Part shown: piece after piece, positions 1 through 8,868 of the stretch | Layout: each line of letters starts with the position of its first letter | Position numbering within the stretch: position 1 is the first letter of the stretch | Source: Candidatus Fervidifonticultor sextus | GTDB lineage: Bacteria > Sysuimicrobiota > Sysuimicrobiia > Sysuimicrobiales > Humicultoraceae | NCBI GenBank assembly: GCA_031459875.1 | Contig: JAVKHQ010000001.1 | Location: 32,001 to 96,000 of the forward strand | DNA length: 64,000 nt | Direction of reading: 5' to 3' | Position numbers and translations under genes: made by a program | Notes under the pieces: generated by a model | Databases searched by the model: none | What the model saw: only the letters and a program-made list of their open reading frames with translations | What the model was told of the DNA's origin: nothing

Positions 1-279
1 GCTCTCGTTGACGCGGTGGAGGGCCTCGGCGACCGTCCGGGTGACCTCGTCCAGTCGGGAGGTCATCTGCGCCTGCAGGGCGTCGGTCCGCTCGGCGAGC
101 GCCCGCGCGGTCCCCTCAAGGCTCTGGCCCACCTGGCCGCGCAACGCATCGATCTGCTGCTGCATCACCAGCAGCGCGGCCTCCGGGCCGGCACGCCGGC
201 GTGCCACGAGGAGGCTTGCGGCGGTCGCGGCGGCGACCCCAACCAGGATCGCGATCAGCACCACCAGCGCGTCGGGCAT
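1..279 (-). CDS. Probable DNA recombination protein RmuC family, N-terminal part only (runs off the window start)
   Basis: Not in the ORF track. ATG at 279 reads MPDALVVLIAILVGVAAATAASLLVARRR...MQQQIDALRGQVGQSLEG...: an N-terminal TM helix followed by coiled coil, open to position 1 and starting 7 nt after the helicase stop. The RmuC call rests on architecture only. Confidence 0.55.
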   Translation of the reverse strand, partial: MPDALVVLIAILVGVAAATAASLLVARRRAGPEAALLVMQQQIDALRGQVGQSLEGTARALAERTDALQAQMTSRLDEVTRTVAEALHRVNES

Positions 280-286
280 CCCGGGT

Positions 287-3200
287 CTAGTCCTCCCTGG
301 CGGTGTACGGGCAGATCGAGGCGAAGGCGCAGTACCGACACGCCCGGTAGTAGTCCGGCGTCGCCAGGAAGCGCTGCGTGCGGATTCCCGCCGCGGCCCG
401 TTCGATGGCCTCGGCGGCCTCGTCCAGCATCGGCCGGGTGGGCGCCGTGGCCCCCACCAGGACCTGCCGGGCTCCGAGGAAGTGCAGTTCCAGGCGGTCG
501 GGCAGCCGGCCGTAGTGCCGCTCATAGGCCAGCGCGTAGATCGCCAGCTGCAGGCTCTCCCTAGCCCGCCGGTCGGCATCCTTCTGCGTGCGCACATCGC
601 TGGTCTTGAAGTCGATGATGATGACCTCGTCACCGCCGTCGCGGCGGCGGATGTCCACCCGATCCCACCGGCCGCGCACCCGGGTGGCGCCCACCTGGAA
701 CGAGAACCGGCTCTCGACCATGGTCGGGGTCGCCCCGGTCGCCTGCTGGAAGGCGAAAAACGTCGCCAGGACCTCGCGGCCTTCCGCTAGGCGCTGGTCC
801 TCGTGCTCCCGGCTCACGAAGCCCTCCGTGACCCAGGCCTGCTCGAAGGCCCGGTACAGATCCTCCAGGGTGACCGGCTGCCCGCGCGAGCGGCGGCGGT
901 TGTACTCCATGGCGCCGGCGTGCACGGCGGTCCCATAGACGACCCGGTGATCGCGCAGCAGCGGGACCCGCAGGACGTGCGCGTACTTGTACTTCAGCGG
1001 ACAGACCTGGTAGTCGTCGACCTGACGGAAGGAGAGGTGGATGGGCGCATCGGCCGGCACGATCCCTGGCAGCCCGACCAAGATCCCGGGCGGATCGGCC
1101 GGCGGCGCGTGGCGCGCGATGGCTTCCAGCGGTGAGGCGCGCACCGCGTCCAGGTCGACCCCGGGTTCGTCCAGGGCCTCCAGGACGAAGCGACTGACCT
1201 TGCGCGCGCGGATGCGGCCGTAGTCCCGGCCGCTGGTGAGAATCAACCGCTCCCGCGCACGGGTCATCCCCACGTAGAAGAGCCGCCGCTCCTCCTGCAG
1301 GTGGCTGTCGCCGGCGGGCAGGACCTCCTTGTCGCGGACCAGATCATCGGGGAGCTCCAGCGGCTCGCTGCGTGACCGCGACGGAAACTTGTCCGCCACG
1401 CAGTTCACGATGAAGACGATGGGGAACTCCAGGCCCTTGGCCTTGTGCACGGTCAGGATGTGGACGCCATCAAAGTCGGGGTCGGGATCGGGCGTCGGCG
1501 GATCGTCGCCGGCCGCGATCAGGTCCTCCATGCGACGCACGAACTCGGGCACCCGGTCGTACACGGCGACATCACCGTGGCGCGCCACGATGTCGAACAG
1601 CCGCGCCAGGTTGGCCACCCTGGCTTCGTCGCCGGGCTCCCCCGAGGTGGCCAGACGGCGGATGTAGCCCGTGCGGGTGACCAGGTACTCGTAGAGCACG
1701 CGGCCGGTGGCGTGATGGCGCATCAGGGTGCGCATCTCGTCCAGGTCCTCCACCAGCCGCGCGATGGAGGCCCGGCTCTCCGGGGAGATCTCGGCTGCCA
1801 GTTCGTCGAGGTCCCGGGGGGGCCGGTCCTCCTGCAGGCGCCGGAACAGGAACTCCAGGGACCGGTTGCGGCGGTGGGCGTGGCTCAGCGCGCGCGCCAT
1901 GTCCGTGGGGTGGATGAGGTAGAGCGGTGAGGTGCCCAGGTAGTAGAGGCTGAGGTTGTCGGCGGGATCGGCCAGGACACGCAGGAACGCCATGGCCAGC
2001 CGGACTTCCTCGCGATCGTAGAGGCCGCGCGTGCCCGAGAACCACCAGGGGATCGCGCGCAGGTTGAGGGCGCGCATGAACGGTTCGGCGTCCTGGTTGG
2101 CCCGCACCAGGATGGCACAGTCGCGGGCGCGGCCACCCCCGGCCAGGTGCTCGGCGATCATGGCGGCAACGGCGTCGGCCTCGTCGCTGAGGGTGTCGAA
2201 GTGGAGGTGCCGGACGGGCGGGCCGCCGGACTTCTGCGCCACCAGGCGCTTGTCCAGTTGGCTGCGGATCTCGAGGCGGTCCGGGTTGTTGTGCTGGATG
2301 AGCCGGTAGGCCGCATCGAGCACCGTCTGGGGGGAGCGGAAGTTCGCGGTGAGCACCACCTGGGCTGCGTCGGGATACGCGGCCGTGAAGCCCAGGATGT
2401 TGCTGATGGCCGCGCCTCGGAACTTGTAGATGGACTGGTCGTCGTCGCCCACCACGGTGATGTTGCGGTGGGGCGCCGCCAGCAGTTTGACCAGCTCGAA
2501 CTGCGCATGGTTCGTGTCCTGGAACTCGTCGACCAGGATGTAGCGGAAGCGGTCCTGGTAGCGCCGCAGGATGTCGGGGCGGTCCCTGAAGAGCCGGAGC
2601 GGCAGGGCGATGAGGTCGCCGAAGTCTACCCGGCCCGCTGCGCGCAGCAGGCGCTGATAGGCGGCGTAGACCCGCGCGAGTTCCAGGTGCGCTCCCGCGG
2701 CCTGGCACAGCTCGGGCTGAGGGGTGGCCTCGGCGGCGGCCGCCAGCCGGAGGGCGTAGGCTTCGTAGGTCTCGGGGGAGATGTCTTCGTCCTTGGCCCG
2801 GCTGATCAGCGACAGGATGGCATCGATATAGCGCGTGGGATCTCCCGGCGGCCGGTAGCGCTCTAGCGGCATCTCGAACAGCCGGTCGCGGAAGAAGATG
2901 AACTGCTCGGCCCTCGACAGCACCCGGAAGTCCGGCCCCAGCCCGGCCTCCAGCGCCTGCTCCCGCAGGACGCGGTCACCAAATGCGTGAAACGTGCTGA
3001 TCCAGGTGTCCACGTAGCCGTAGGGGACCAGCTGGTCCACCCGGAGTTCCATCTCGGCCGCGGCCTTCTCGGTGAAGGTGAGCGCGAGGATCTCGGCAGG
3101 CCGGGCGCGTCGCGTCGCGATCAGCCAGGCGATCCGCCTGGTGATCACCAGCGTCTTGCCCGTGCCGGCGCCGGCGACGATGAGGAGCGGTCCCTCCCCG

Positions 3201-3319
3201 TGGGTGACCGCAGCGACCTGGGCGTCGGTCAGGCCCTCCAGCGCCCGCTCCGCGGCCTCGGGACCCACACCGGGGAGGCGCGCCTCGAAGATGTCCAGCG
3301 CCAGCTGACCTCCCGGCAT
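287..3319 (-). CDS. UvrD/PcrA-type SF1 helicase fused to a C-terminal PD-(D/E)XK nuclease with four Fe-S-type cysteines (AdnB/AddA-like)
   Basis: Walker A AGAGTGKT, DEFQD, VGDDDQSIYKFRGA, TVHKAKGLEF and EERRLFYVGMTRA; C-terminal GRWDRVD..IIDFKT..QLAIYA; cysteines in CPLKY and CRYC...CP. Start is 3319 or 3349. Confidence 0.9.
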   Translation of the reverse strand: MPGGQLALDIFEARLPGVGPEAAERALEGLTDAQVAAVTHGEGPLLIVAGAGTGKTLVITRRIAWLIATRRARPAEILALTFTEKAAAEMELRVDQLVPYGYVDTWISTFHAFGDRVLREQALEAGLGPDFRVLSRAEQFIFFRDRLFEMPLERYRPPGDPTRYIDAILSLISRAKDEDISPETYEAYALRLAAAAEATPQPELCQAAGAHLELARVYAAYQRLLRAAGRVDFGDLIALPLRLFRDRPDILRRYQDRFRYILVDEFQDTNHAQFELVKLLAAPHRNITVVGDDDQSIYKFRGAAISNILGFTAAYPDAAQVVLTANFRSPQTVLDAAYRLIQHNNPDRLEIRSQLDKRLVAQKSGGPPVRHLHFDTLSDEADAVAAMIAEHLAGGGRARDCAILVRANQDAEPFMRALNLRAIPWWFSGTRGLYDREEVRLAMAFLRVLADPADNLSLYYLGTSPLYLIHPTDMARALSHAHRRNRSLEFLFRRLQEDRPPRDLDELAAEISPESRASIARLVEDLDEMRTLMRHHATGRVLYEYLVTRTGYIRRLATSGEPGDEARVANLARLFDIVARHGDVAVYDRVPEFVRRMEDLIAAGDDPPTPDPDPDFDGVHILTVHKAKGLEFPIVFIVNCVADKFPSRSRSEPLELPDDLVRDKEVLPAGDSHLQEERRLFYVGMTRARERLILTSGRDYGRIRARKVSRFVLEALDEPGVDLDAVRASPLEAIARHAPPADPPGILVGLPGIVPADAPIHLSFRQVDDYQVCPLKYKYAHVLRVPLLRDHRVVYGTAVHAGAMEYNRRRSRGQPVTLEDLYRAFEQAWVTEGFVSREHEDQRLAEGREVLATFFAFQQATGATPTMVESRFSFQVGATRVRGRWDRVDIRRRDGGDEVIIIDFKTSDVRTQKDADRRARESLQLAIYALAYERHYGRLPDRLELHFLGARQVLVGATAPTRPMLDEAAEAIERAAAGIRTQRFLATPDYYRACRYCAFASICPYTARED

Positions 3320-3329
3320 GGCGGCAGGA

Positions 3330-4007
3330 TCAGGCGGCGGGGTCGGCATCAGAGGACCCGGCGCGGCCCATGAGCACAAGCACGGTGTGGGCGATCACAT
3401 CGGGCGCAAACCCGCGGCGCTGGAGCCACATGCCCAGACGACGGCGGGCGACATCGGGCGGGAGCCCCTGCAGTCGGCGCAGGCGCCCCCGTGCCTGTTC
3501 CAGCGCGAGGGCTTCCTCCGCGCCCTCCGGCAGCTCGGCCGCGATGGCCTCGGCCACGATGGCGGGAGCCACCCCTCGGGCCAGCAGCTCGGCGCGCAGG
3601 CGTCGGGGGCCGCTGGGCCGCAGGGCCATCCGGTCTCGAACCCACGCCCGGGCGAACCGGGCGTCGTCGATCCACCCCGCGCGGTGCAGTTCGGTCATCA
3701 CCGCCACGATCGTTTCACGATCGAATCCCCTGCGGCGCAGCGCGGCTATGAGCTCAGCCCGGCTGCGCAGGCGGCGCTCCAGCAGGCGGAGGGCAGCGGC
3801 GCGCGCCCGCTGCCGCACCGCCGCACCGGCGATTTGGGCCACGAGCTCCGCACTGACCTCGGCGCCCCCGGTCAGGCCCAGCGCCCGGACGGTGTCCGCG
3901 TCGAGGCGAAAACTCCCCAGGCCCTCGAGGTCCACCCGATACAGGTGGGGGCGCCGTGGCAGGGGGCGCACCTGCGCCACTCGTGCAACCGATCCCTCCC
4001 CGCTCAC
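3330..4007 (-). CDS. recX: Regulatory protein RecX
   Basis: RLRSRAEL, GWIDDARFARAW, GPRRLRAELLARGV and LQRRGF; lies directly downstream of recA. Confidence 0.92.
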   Translation of the reverse strand: MSGEGSVARVAQVRPLPRRPHLYRVDLEGLGSFRLDADTVRALGLTGGAEVSAELVAQIAGAAVRQRARAAALRLLERRLRSRAELIAALRRRGFDRETIVAVMTELHRAGWIDDARFARAWVRDRMALRPSGPRRLRAELLARGVAPAIVAEAIAAELPEGAEEALALEQARGRLRRLQGLPPDVARRRLGMWLQRRGFAPDVIAHTVLVLMGRAGSSDADPAA

Positions 4008-4040
4008 CGCCCGTCGTCCAGGCGCCGGCCCCGGTGGACC

Positions 4041-5108
4041 CTAGCCGCGGGTCCGCACGGGCAGCGGGCGTCCCGGCGGCTCGGCCGCGGGCGCCATCTC
4101 GGCGGCAGTCTCCCGGGGGCGCAGGATCCCCCGGGCCTCGCGCACCCGGCGGTCGATCTCGCGGGCCACCTCCGGGTTGTTGTCCAGGAACTCCCGGGCA
4201 TTGTCGCGGCCCTGGCCCAATCGCAGGTCGCCGTAGGTGAACCAGGTGCCCGATCGCGTGATCAGGCCCATGGCCGTCGCCACGTCGAGGATGCTCCCGG
4301 TCCTCGAGATGCCGTGGCCGTAGAAGATGTCGAACTCGGCTTCGCGGAACGGCGGGGCCAGTTTGTTCTTCACGACCTTGACGCGGGCGCGCATCCCCTT
4401 GACCTCGTCGCCACTCTTGAGGTTCTCGGTCTTGCGGATCTCCATCCGCACCGACGCGTAGAACTTCAGGGCACGGCCGCCCGTCGTCGTTTCCGGCGAG
4501 CCGAACATCACCCCGATCTTCTCACGAATCTGGTTGATGAAAACCACGGTGGTGTGCGACTTGCTGATGGTCCCCACCAGCTTGCGCAGGGCCTGCGACA
4601 TCAGGCGTGCCTGCAGTCCCACGTGGGCATCGCCCATCTCGCCTTCGAGTTCGGCACGGGGGACGAGCGCCGCCACGGAGTCCACCACCACCACATCCAC
4701 CGCGCCGCTGCGGACCAGCGTCTCGGCGATCTCCAGCGCCTGCTCGCCGGAATCGGGCTGCGAGAGCAGGAGGTTGTCCACGTCCACGCCCACGGCGCGC
4801 GCGTAGGTCGGGTCCAGCGCGTGCTCGGCGTCGATGAAGGCTGCCACGCCGCCCTCGCGCTGGGCCTCGGCGATAATGTGGTAGCCCAGCGTGGTCTTGC
4901 CCGAGGCCTCCGGGCCGTAGATCTCCACCACGCGCCCACGGGGCACGCCGCCCACGCCCAGGGCCAGGTCCAGTCCCAGGGCGCCGGTCGGGATCACCTC
5001 GACTTGGAGTCTGGCCGAGGCCTCGCCGAGCTTCATGATGGACCCCTTGCCAAACTGCTTCTCGATCTGCGAAAGGGCCAGGTCCAGCGCCCGCTGCCGA
5101 TCCGTCAT
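4041..5108 (-). CDS. recA: Recombinase RecA
   Basis: [38 protein letters not shown] and [19 protein letters not shown]. Confidence 0.99.
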   Translation of the reverse strand: MTDRQRALDLALSQIEKQFGKGSIMKLGEASARLQVEVIPTGALGLDLALGVGGVPRGRVVEIYGPEASGKTTLGYHIIAEAQREGGVAAFIDAEHALDPTYARAVGVDVDNLLLSQPDSGEQALEIAETLVRSGAVDVVVVDSVAALVPRAELEGEMGDAHVGLQARLMSQALRKLVGTISKSHTTVVFINQIREKIGVMFGSPETTTGGRALKFYASVRMEIRKTENLKSGDEVKGMRARVKVVKNKLAPPFREAEFDIFYGHGISRTGSILDVATAMGLITRSGTWFTYGDLRLGQGRDNAREFLDNNPEVAREIDRRVREARGILRPRETAAEMAPAAEPPGRPLPVRTRG

Positions 5109-5144
5109 GGTCCCCGACCTCCTGCACGGCGTGGGATACCGAAA

Positions 5145-5173
5145 AGGTTACCAAACAAATGTTCGGATGTCAA
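5145..5173 (-). promoter_or_regulatory. recA sigma-A promoter with a LexA (SOS/Cheo) box in the spacer
   Basis: Minus strand reads TTGACA (5173-5168), 17 nt, then TAACCT (5150-5145) with a TGn extension. The spacer holds CGAACATTTGTTTG (5165-5152), matching the Gram-positive GAAC-N4-GTTY LexA box. Confidence 0.88.
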
Positions 5174-5228
5174 CCCCCGAAAATCCAGCCTGCCCGTGCC
5201 GATCTACCACATTTAGGGGTTCAACCCC

Positions 5229-5810
5229 TTACGAATTCAATCCCTGGCCCAGGGACACCTGCTCCCACGGGGTGTAGATGGGTCCATCGGGGGTCAGGCG
5301 GCTCTCCATCACGGTCAGCGCCCGGACGTGTTCTGGGCCAATGACGACGTTCCGGAACCGGTGCAGCACGCGGACCAGGTCGCCCCACTGGCGGTCGTCC
5401 CTGGACCGGCCCAGCGTCAGGTGCGGCCGGAAGTGGCGCTGGTCGGCCGGGAATCCCTCCCTGGCCAGTGCACGGGCCAGGGCGGCGGCAAGATGCTCCA
5501 GCGCTTCGGCGCCCTCGGTGGTCCCGACCCAGACCACCCGGGGCCGCTCAAAGGTGGGAAAGGCGCCCAACCCGGCAATGGTGATCAAGAACGGCGCGCA
5601 GGCCTGAGCGACCTCCCGCGTGGCCGCGGTCGCGCGCGCGACTTGGGCGGCGGAGATCTCGCTGAGGAAGCGCAGCGTGAAGTGGAGGTTGGCGGGTCGC
5701 ACCCACCGCAGCCGCGCTCCGGCCGACCGCATCTGCTCCTGGAGATCGGCGAGGCGCCGCCGGGTCTCGTCGCTCAACTCCACGGCGATGAACGTCCTGT
5801 GCTGCGTCAC
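5229..5810 (-). CDS. thpR: RNA 2',3'-cyclic phosphodiesterase (2H phosphoesterase)
   Basis: Two HxT motifs (LHFTL, PHLTL), RTFIAV and PRVVWVG; cinA-thpR-recA context. Confidence 0.93.
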   Translation of the reverse strand: MTQHRTFIAVELSDETRRRLADLQEQMRSAGARLRWVRPANLHFTLRFLSEISAAQVARATAATREVAQACAPFLITIAGLGAFPTFERPRVVWVGTTEGAEALEHLAAALARALAREGFPADQRHFRPHLTLGRSRDDRQWGDLVRVLHRFRNVVIGPEHVRALTVMESRLTPDGPIYTPWEQVSLGQGLNS

Positions 5811-7045
5811 CGGCGCAACAGGGCGAGCCGAATCAGGTTGAGCGCCGCCTGGGTCGCCAGGTGGCGGATCCCAGCCCGCCCGGCCCCGTCGCCGAACCGC
5901 AGTTCCTCCGACCGGACGCCCGCTGGCGAGACCATGGCCACGTAGACGAGTCCGACGGGCTTGTCCGGTGTGGCGCCGGTCGGGCCGGCGATGCCGGTGA
6001 CCGCGACTGCGAGGTCGGCCCCGGCGCGGCTCCGGGCTCCCAGGGCCATCGCCTCCGCCACGGGGGCGCTCACCGCGCCGTGCGCGGCGATGAGCTCGGC
6101 CGGCACGCCAAGGTCGCGGACCTTGGCGTCGTTGCTGTACGCGACCCAGCCTGACAGGAGGAACGCGGAACTCCCGGGCGTCTCGCTCAGGCGCGCGGTC
6201 AGCAGCCCGCCAGTACAGGACTCGGCGACGGCCAGCGTCAACTGCCGCTCGATCAGGAGCCGGGCCACCACCCCCTGGAGCGTCTCGTCATCGGCCCCGA
6301 AGACGGCGTCCCCCAGCCGGGCGCGCAGGCGCTCCTCCATGTCGTCGATCAGCGTGGCGACCTCCTCGGGCCTCCCCTTGGCCGTGATGCGCAGGTGGAC
6401 CTCGCCGAGCCTGGCCAGTGGTGCGACGGTGGGGTTGGTCCCGTGAATGAGGTCGCGCACGCGCTCCTCCACCACGGATTCGCCCAGGCCGGCCACGCGC
6501 AGTACGCGCGAGCGGATCACGACGTCCCCGGTCCTGGCCCGCAACCACGGAATCAGGCCCTCGGCTACCAGGCCTTCCATCTCGTGCGGCACGCCGGGGA
6601 ACACGAAGATCGTCTTCTCGCCGGCCACCACGCGGAGCCCGGGGGCCGTGCCGCGGCGGTTGGGGATTACCTCTGCGCCCCGGGGGATACGGGCCTGGCG
6701 GAAGATGGACTCCGGCGGCCTGCGCCGGCGCGCCTCGAAGAACGCCCTCAGCGACTCCGCGAGGGCCTCATCGAAGACCAGCGGAAGTCCCACCGCCTCC
6801 GCGACGGCCTCCACTGTCAGGTCGTCCTCGGTGGGACCCAGCCCGCCGGTCATGACCACCAGGTCGGCCCGGCTCAACGCCAACCGCACGGCCGCCTGCA
6901 CGCGTTCCAGGTTGTCGCCGACCGTCTGCTTGTGGCGTACGTCCACCCCGTGCTCGGCCAGCAACCGGGCGAGGAAGACTGCGTTGGTGTCGGTGATCTG
7001 GCCCAGGAGCAGTTCGGTCCCGACCGAGATGATCTCAGCACGCAT
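5807..7045 (-). CDS. cinA: Competence/damage-inducible protein CinA (MocF-like domain plus PncC NMN deamidase)
   Basis: VGTELLLGQITDTN, GGLGPTEDDLT, AESCTGG and HGAVS. Confidence 0.96.
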   Translation of the reverse strand: MRAEIISVGTELLLGQITDTNAVFLARLLAEHGVDVRHKQTVGDNLERVQAAVRLALSRADLVVMTGGLGPTEDDLTVEAVAEAVGLPLVFDEALAESLRAFFEARRRRPPESIFRQARIPRGAEVIPNRRGTAPGLRVVAGEKTIFVFPGVPHEMEGLVAEGLIPWLRARTGDVVIRSRVLRVAGLGESVVEERVRDLIHGTNPTVAPLARLGEVHLRITAKGRPEEVATLIDDMEERLRARLGDAVFGADDETLQGVVARLLIERQLTLAVAESCTGGLLTARLSETPGSSAFLLSGWVAYSNDAKVRDLGVPAELIAAHGAVSAPVAEAMALGARSRAGADLAVAVTGIAGPTGATPDKPVGLVYVAMVSPAGVRSEELRFGDGAGRAGIRHLATQAALNLIRLALLRR

Positions 7046-7066
7046 CTGGTGAGGAGCCCCTGAGTC

Positions 7067-7888
7067 CTAGCGAGGAGTGTCCCCGGTGAATGTGCGGTCC
7101 ACCACTTCTCCGATCTGGCCAAGCGCGCCGACGGGTCTCCCGTTGGCCGTCACCTGCACTGCGCCGGCGTTGCCGGCGCGCAGCGAAACCGTCGCACGGC
7201 CCTGCCAGCGTTGAGAGTCACCGGCCACCAGGAAGCCCTCGAAGACCAGCTGGTCGTCCACGACCACCCGCAGCCACGAACGGGCCGAGGCCTGGACTTC
7301 CACCGTCACCCCCGCCGGTGCGGCGGGCTCACCGGTCGGTCCGGAGACGGTCGTGGGGACCTGGGGCTGCGGATTGGCGCTCATCGTCACCGGTGCCGAA
7401 GAGACGGTGCCGCCGGGTGGCAAGTCGGGCGGCGCGGCCGCCGGGGCCGACTCACTGAACTCCCGGAACTGCCGGTAGGAATAGAGGGCCAGCGCCCCCC
7501 CTGCGATCAGCACGCACACGGCCGCCATCGCCGTCCACCTGCGCCACCTCGACCGGGGGACCGCCGGGGTCACCGCCGCATCCAGACGGTGCAGGGACTC
7601 GACGGTCCCCCCGGCCCCGGCCGACATCACGGCGTTCAGACGCCGGATCAGGGGTTCCGGATCCAGGCCGAGTTCCTCGGCCACCCGGCGGAGGAACCCG
7701 CGCGCAAACGGCAGCGGGGGGAGTTCGTCGAAGCGCTCGTCCTCGAGGGCCCTCAGGTACTTGACCCGGACTTTCGTGCGGGCCTGCAGGTCGGCCAGCG
7801 AGACCCCGCGCTCGGCCCGCGCGCTCCGGAGGGTATGCCCGATTCCCTCTCCGGTGGCCCGTTCGCGGGGAACGGAAGACGTGGTCAC
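7067..7888 (-). CDS. rodZ: RodZ-like HTH-TM-DUF4115 cell-shape protein
   Basis: N-terminal HTH (IGHTLRSARAERGVSL..TKVRVKYLRALE), a single TM helix and C-terminal SWLRV..LRAGNAGAVQVTANG. The track start at 8401 overlaps psuG; GTG 7888 is preferred, GTG 7906 is an alternative. Confidence 0.85.
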   Translation of the reverse strand: MTTSSVPRERATGEGIGHTLRSARAERGVSLADLQARTKVRVKYLRALEDERFDELPPLPFARGFLRRVAEELGLDPEPLIRRLNAVMSAGAGGTVESLHRLDAAVTPAVPRSRWRRWTAMAAVCVLIAGGALALYSYRQFREFSESAPAAAPPDLPPGGTVSSAPVTMSANPQPQVPTTVSGPTGEPAAPAGVTVEVQASARSWLRVVVDDQLVFEGFLVAGDSQRWQGRATVSLRAGNAGAVQVTANGRPVGALGQIGEVVDRTFTGDTPR

Positions 7889-7897
7889 GTGCCCGAT

Positions 7898-7923
7898 CTT
7901 CAGCACTCCGGCGGCATTTCCCT
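7898..7923 (-). promoter_or_regulatory. SigH-like promoter motif upstream of rodZ
   Basis: AGG-N19-GAAG ending 9 nt before GTG 7888; one of about 10 copies of this motif in the window. Confidence 0.5.
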
Positions 7924-7932
7924 CCGCGCCCC

Positions 7933-8868
7933 CTAGGATGACGCGGCGCGCTCCTCGGAGAACCACGCTGCGGCGATCTCGGCTGCCAGGCGCGCGTTGG
8001 CCTCGAGCAACGCCAGGTTCGTCTCCACCGTCCGGCCTCCGGTGGCCTGGGCCAGCGCGTTCAGCAGGAAGGGCGTCACCTCCGGGCCGGCGACCCCCTC
8101 CCTCCGGGCACGCGCCATCGCATGGGCCACCGCGTGGTCCAACTCCGGCGCGGCCAGCGCTACCCCAGCCGGTGGCGGCTGCACCACCAGGAGGGCGGCC
8201 TGACCTCCCATCCGCGTCCAGGCCCGCGCCATCGCCGCGATCTCCGCGGGGTGATCCACCCGGTGCGGGACCGACAGGCCGCTTTCGCCCGTCAGGAACG
8301 CCGGCAGCGTTCCGGTCCGGTAGCCCACCACCGGCACACCGAGCGACTCGAGGGCCTCGGCGGTCCGGCGGTGGTCGCAGAAGACCTTGGCGCCCCCGCA
8401 CACGACCACCAGAGGATACCGGCTCAACGCCACCAGGTCCGCCGAGACGTCACCCGTGCCCTCGGCGCCCAGAAGGACGCCGCCGATGCCGCCCGTGGCC
8501 ATGACCCGGATGCCCGCCGCGTGCGCGATGGCCAGCGTTCCGGCCACGGTGGTGCCGCCGGACCGCCGCCGGGCCACCGCGAACGGGAGGTCGCGCTCGG
8601 AGAGTTTCAGGACCTGGGGCGCTGTGAGGAACTGCCACTCCCCCAGGTCGATGCCGACTTCCGCGCGGCCGTCTCTGACCGCGACCAGCGCCGGAAGCGC
8701 CCCGGCCTCCTCAACCGCTGCTCCCAGCCGGGACGCCAGGCGGGCCGACGCTTCCGCCGGGAGGCCGTGCGAGAACACCGCGCTCTCCAGCGCGACCACC
8801 GGCCGGCTGCCAGCGAGCGCCGCCGCGACCCTGGGAGTCACAACAAGCCAGTCGGGCGCCGGACGCAT
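7933..8868 (-). CDS. psuG: Pseudouridine-5'-phosphate glycosidase family protein (divergent)
   Basis: VVALES..SHG, GGTTVA, ATGGIGGV, DVSADL, GAK and VTPFLL; adjacent PfkB kinase. Confidence 0.88.
   Translation of the reverse strand: MRPAPDWLVVTPRVAAALAGSRPVVALESAVFSHGLPAEASARLASRLGAAVEEAGALPALVAVRDGRAEVGIDLGEWQFLTAPQVLKLSERDLPFAVARRRSGGTTVAGTLAIAHAAGIRVMATGGIGGVLLGAEGTGDVSADLVALSRYPLVVVCGGAKVFCDHRRTAEALESLGVPVVGYRTGTLPAFLTGESGLSVPHRVDHPAEIAAMARAWTRMGGQAALLVVQPPPAGVALAAPELDHAVAHAMARARREGVAGPEVTPFLLNALAQATGGRTVETNLALLEANARLAAEIAAAWFSEERAASS

Noticed and set aside
287..1050. Cas4-like nuclease suggesting a CRISPR system
   Set aside because: It is the C-terminal domain of the helicase, and no repeats-spacers or cas genes are in the window.
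5215..5229. AGGGGT-TCA-ACCCCT palindrome resembling GGGGGT-TTGC-ACCCCC at 37584-37599
   Set aside because: Both are short G/C-run palindromes with different spacers, too weak to call a shared operator.
7900..7917. Mini-ORF MPPEC after GGAGG upstream of rodZ
   Set aside because: The SD-ATG spacing is only about 3 nt, and the sequence is better explained as the promoter motif.
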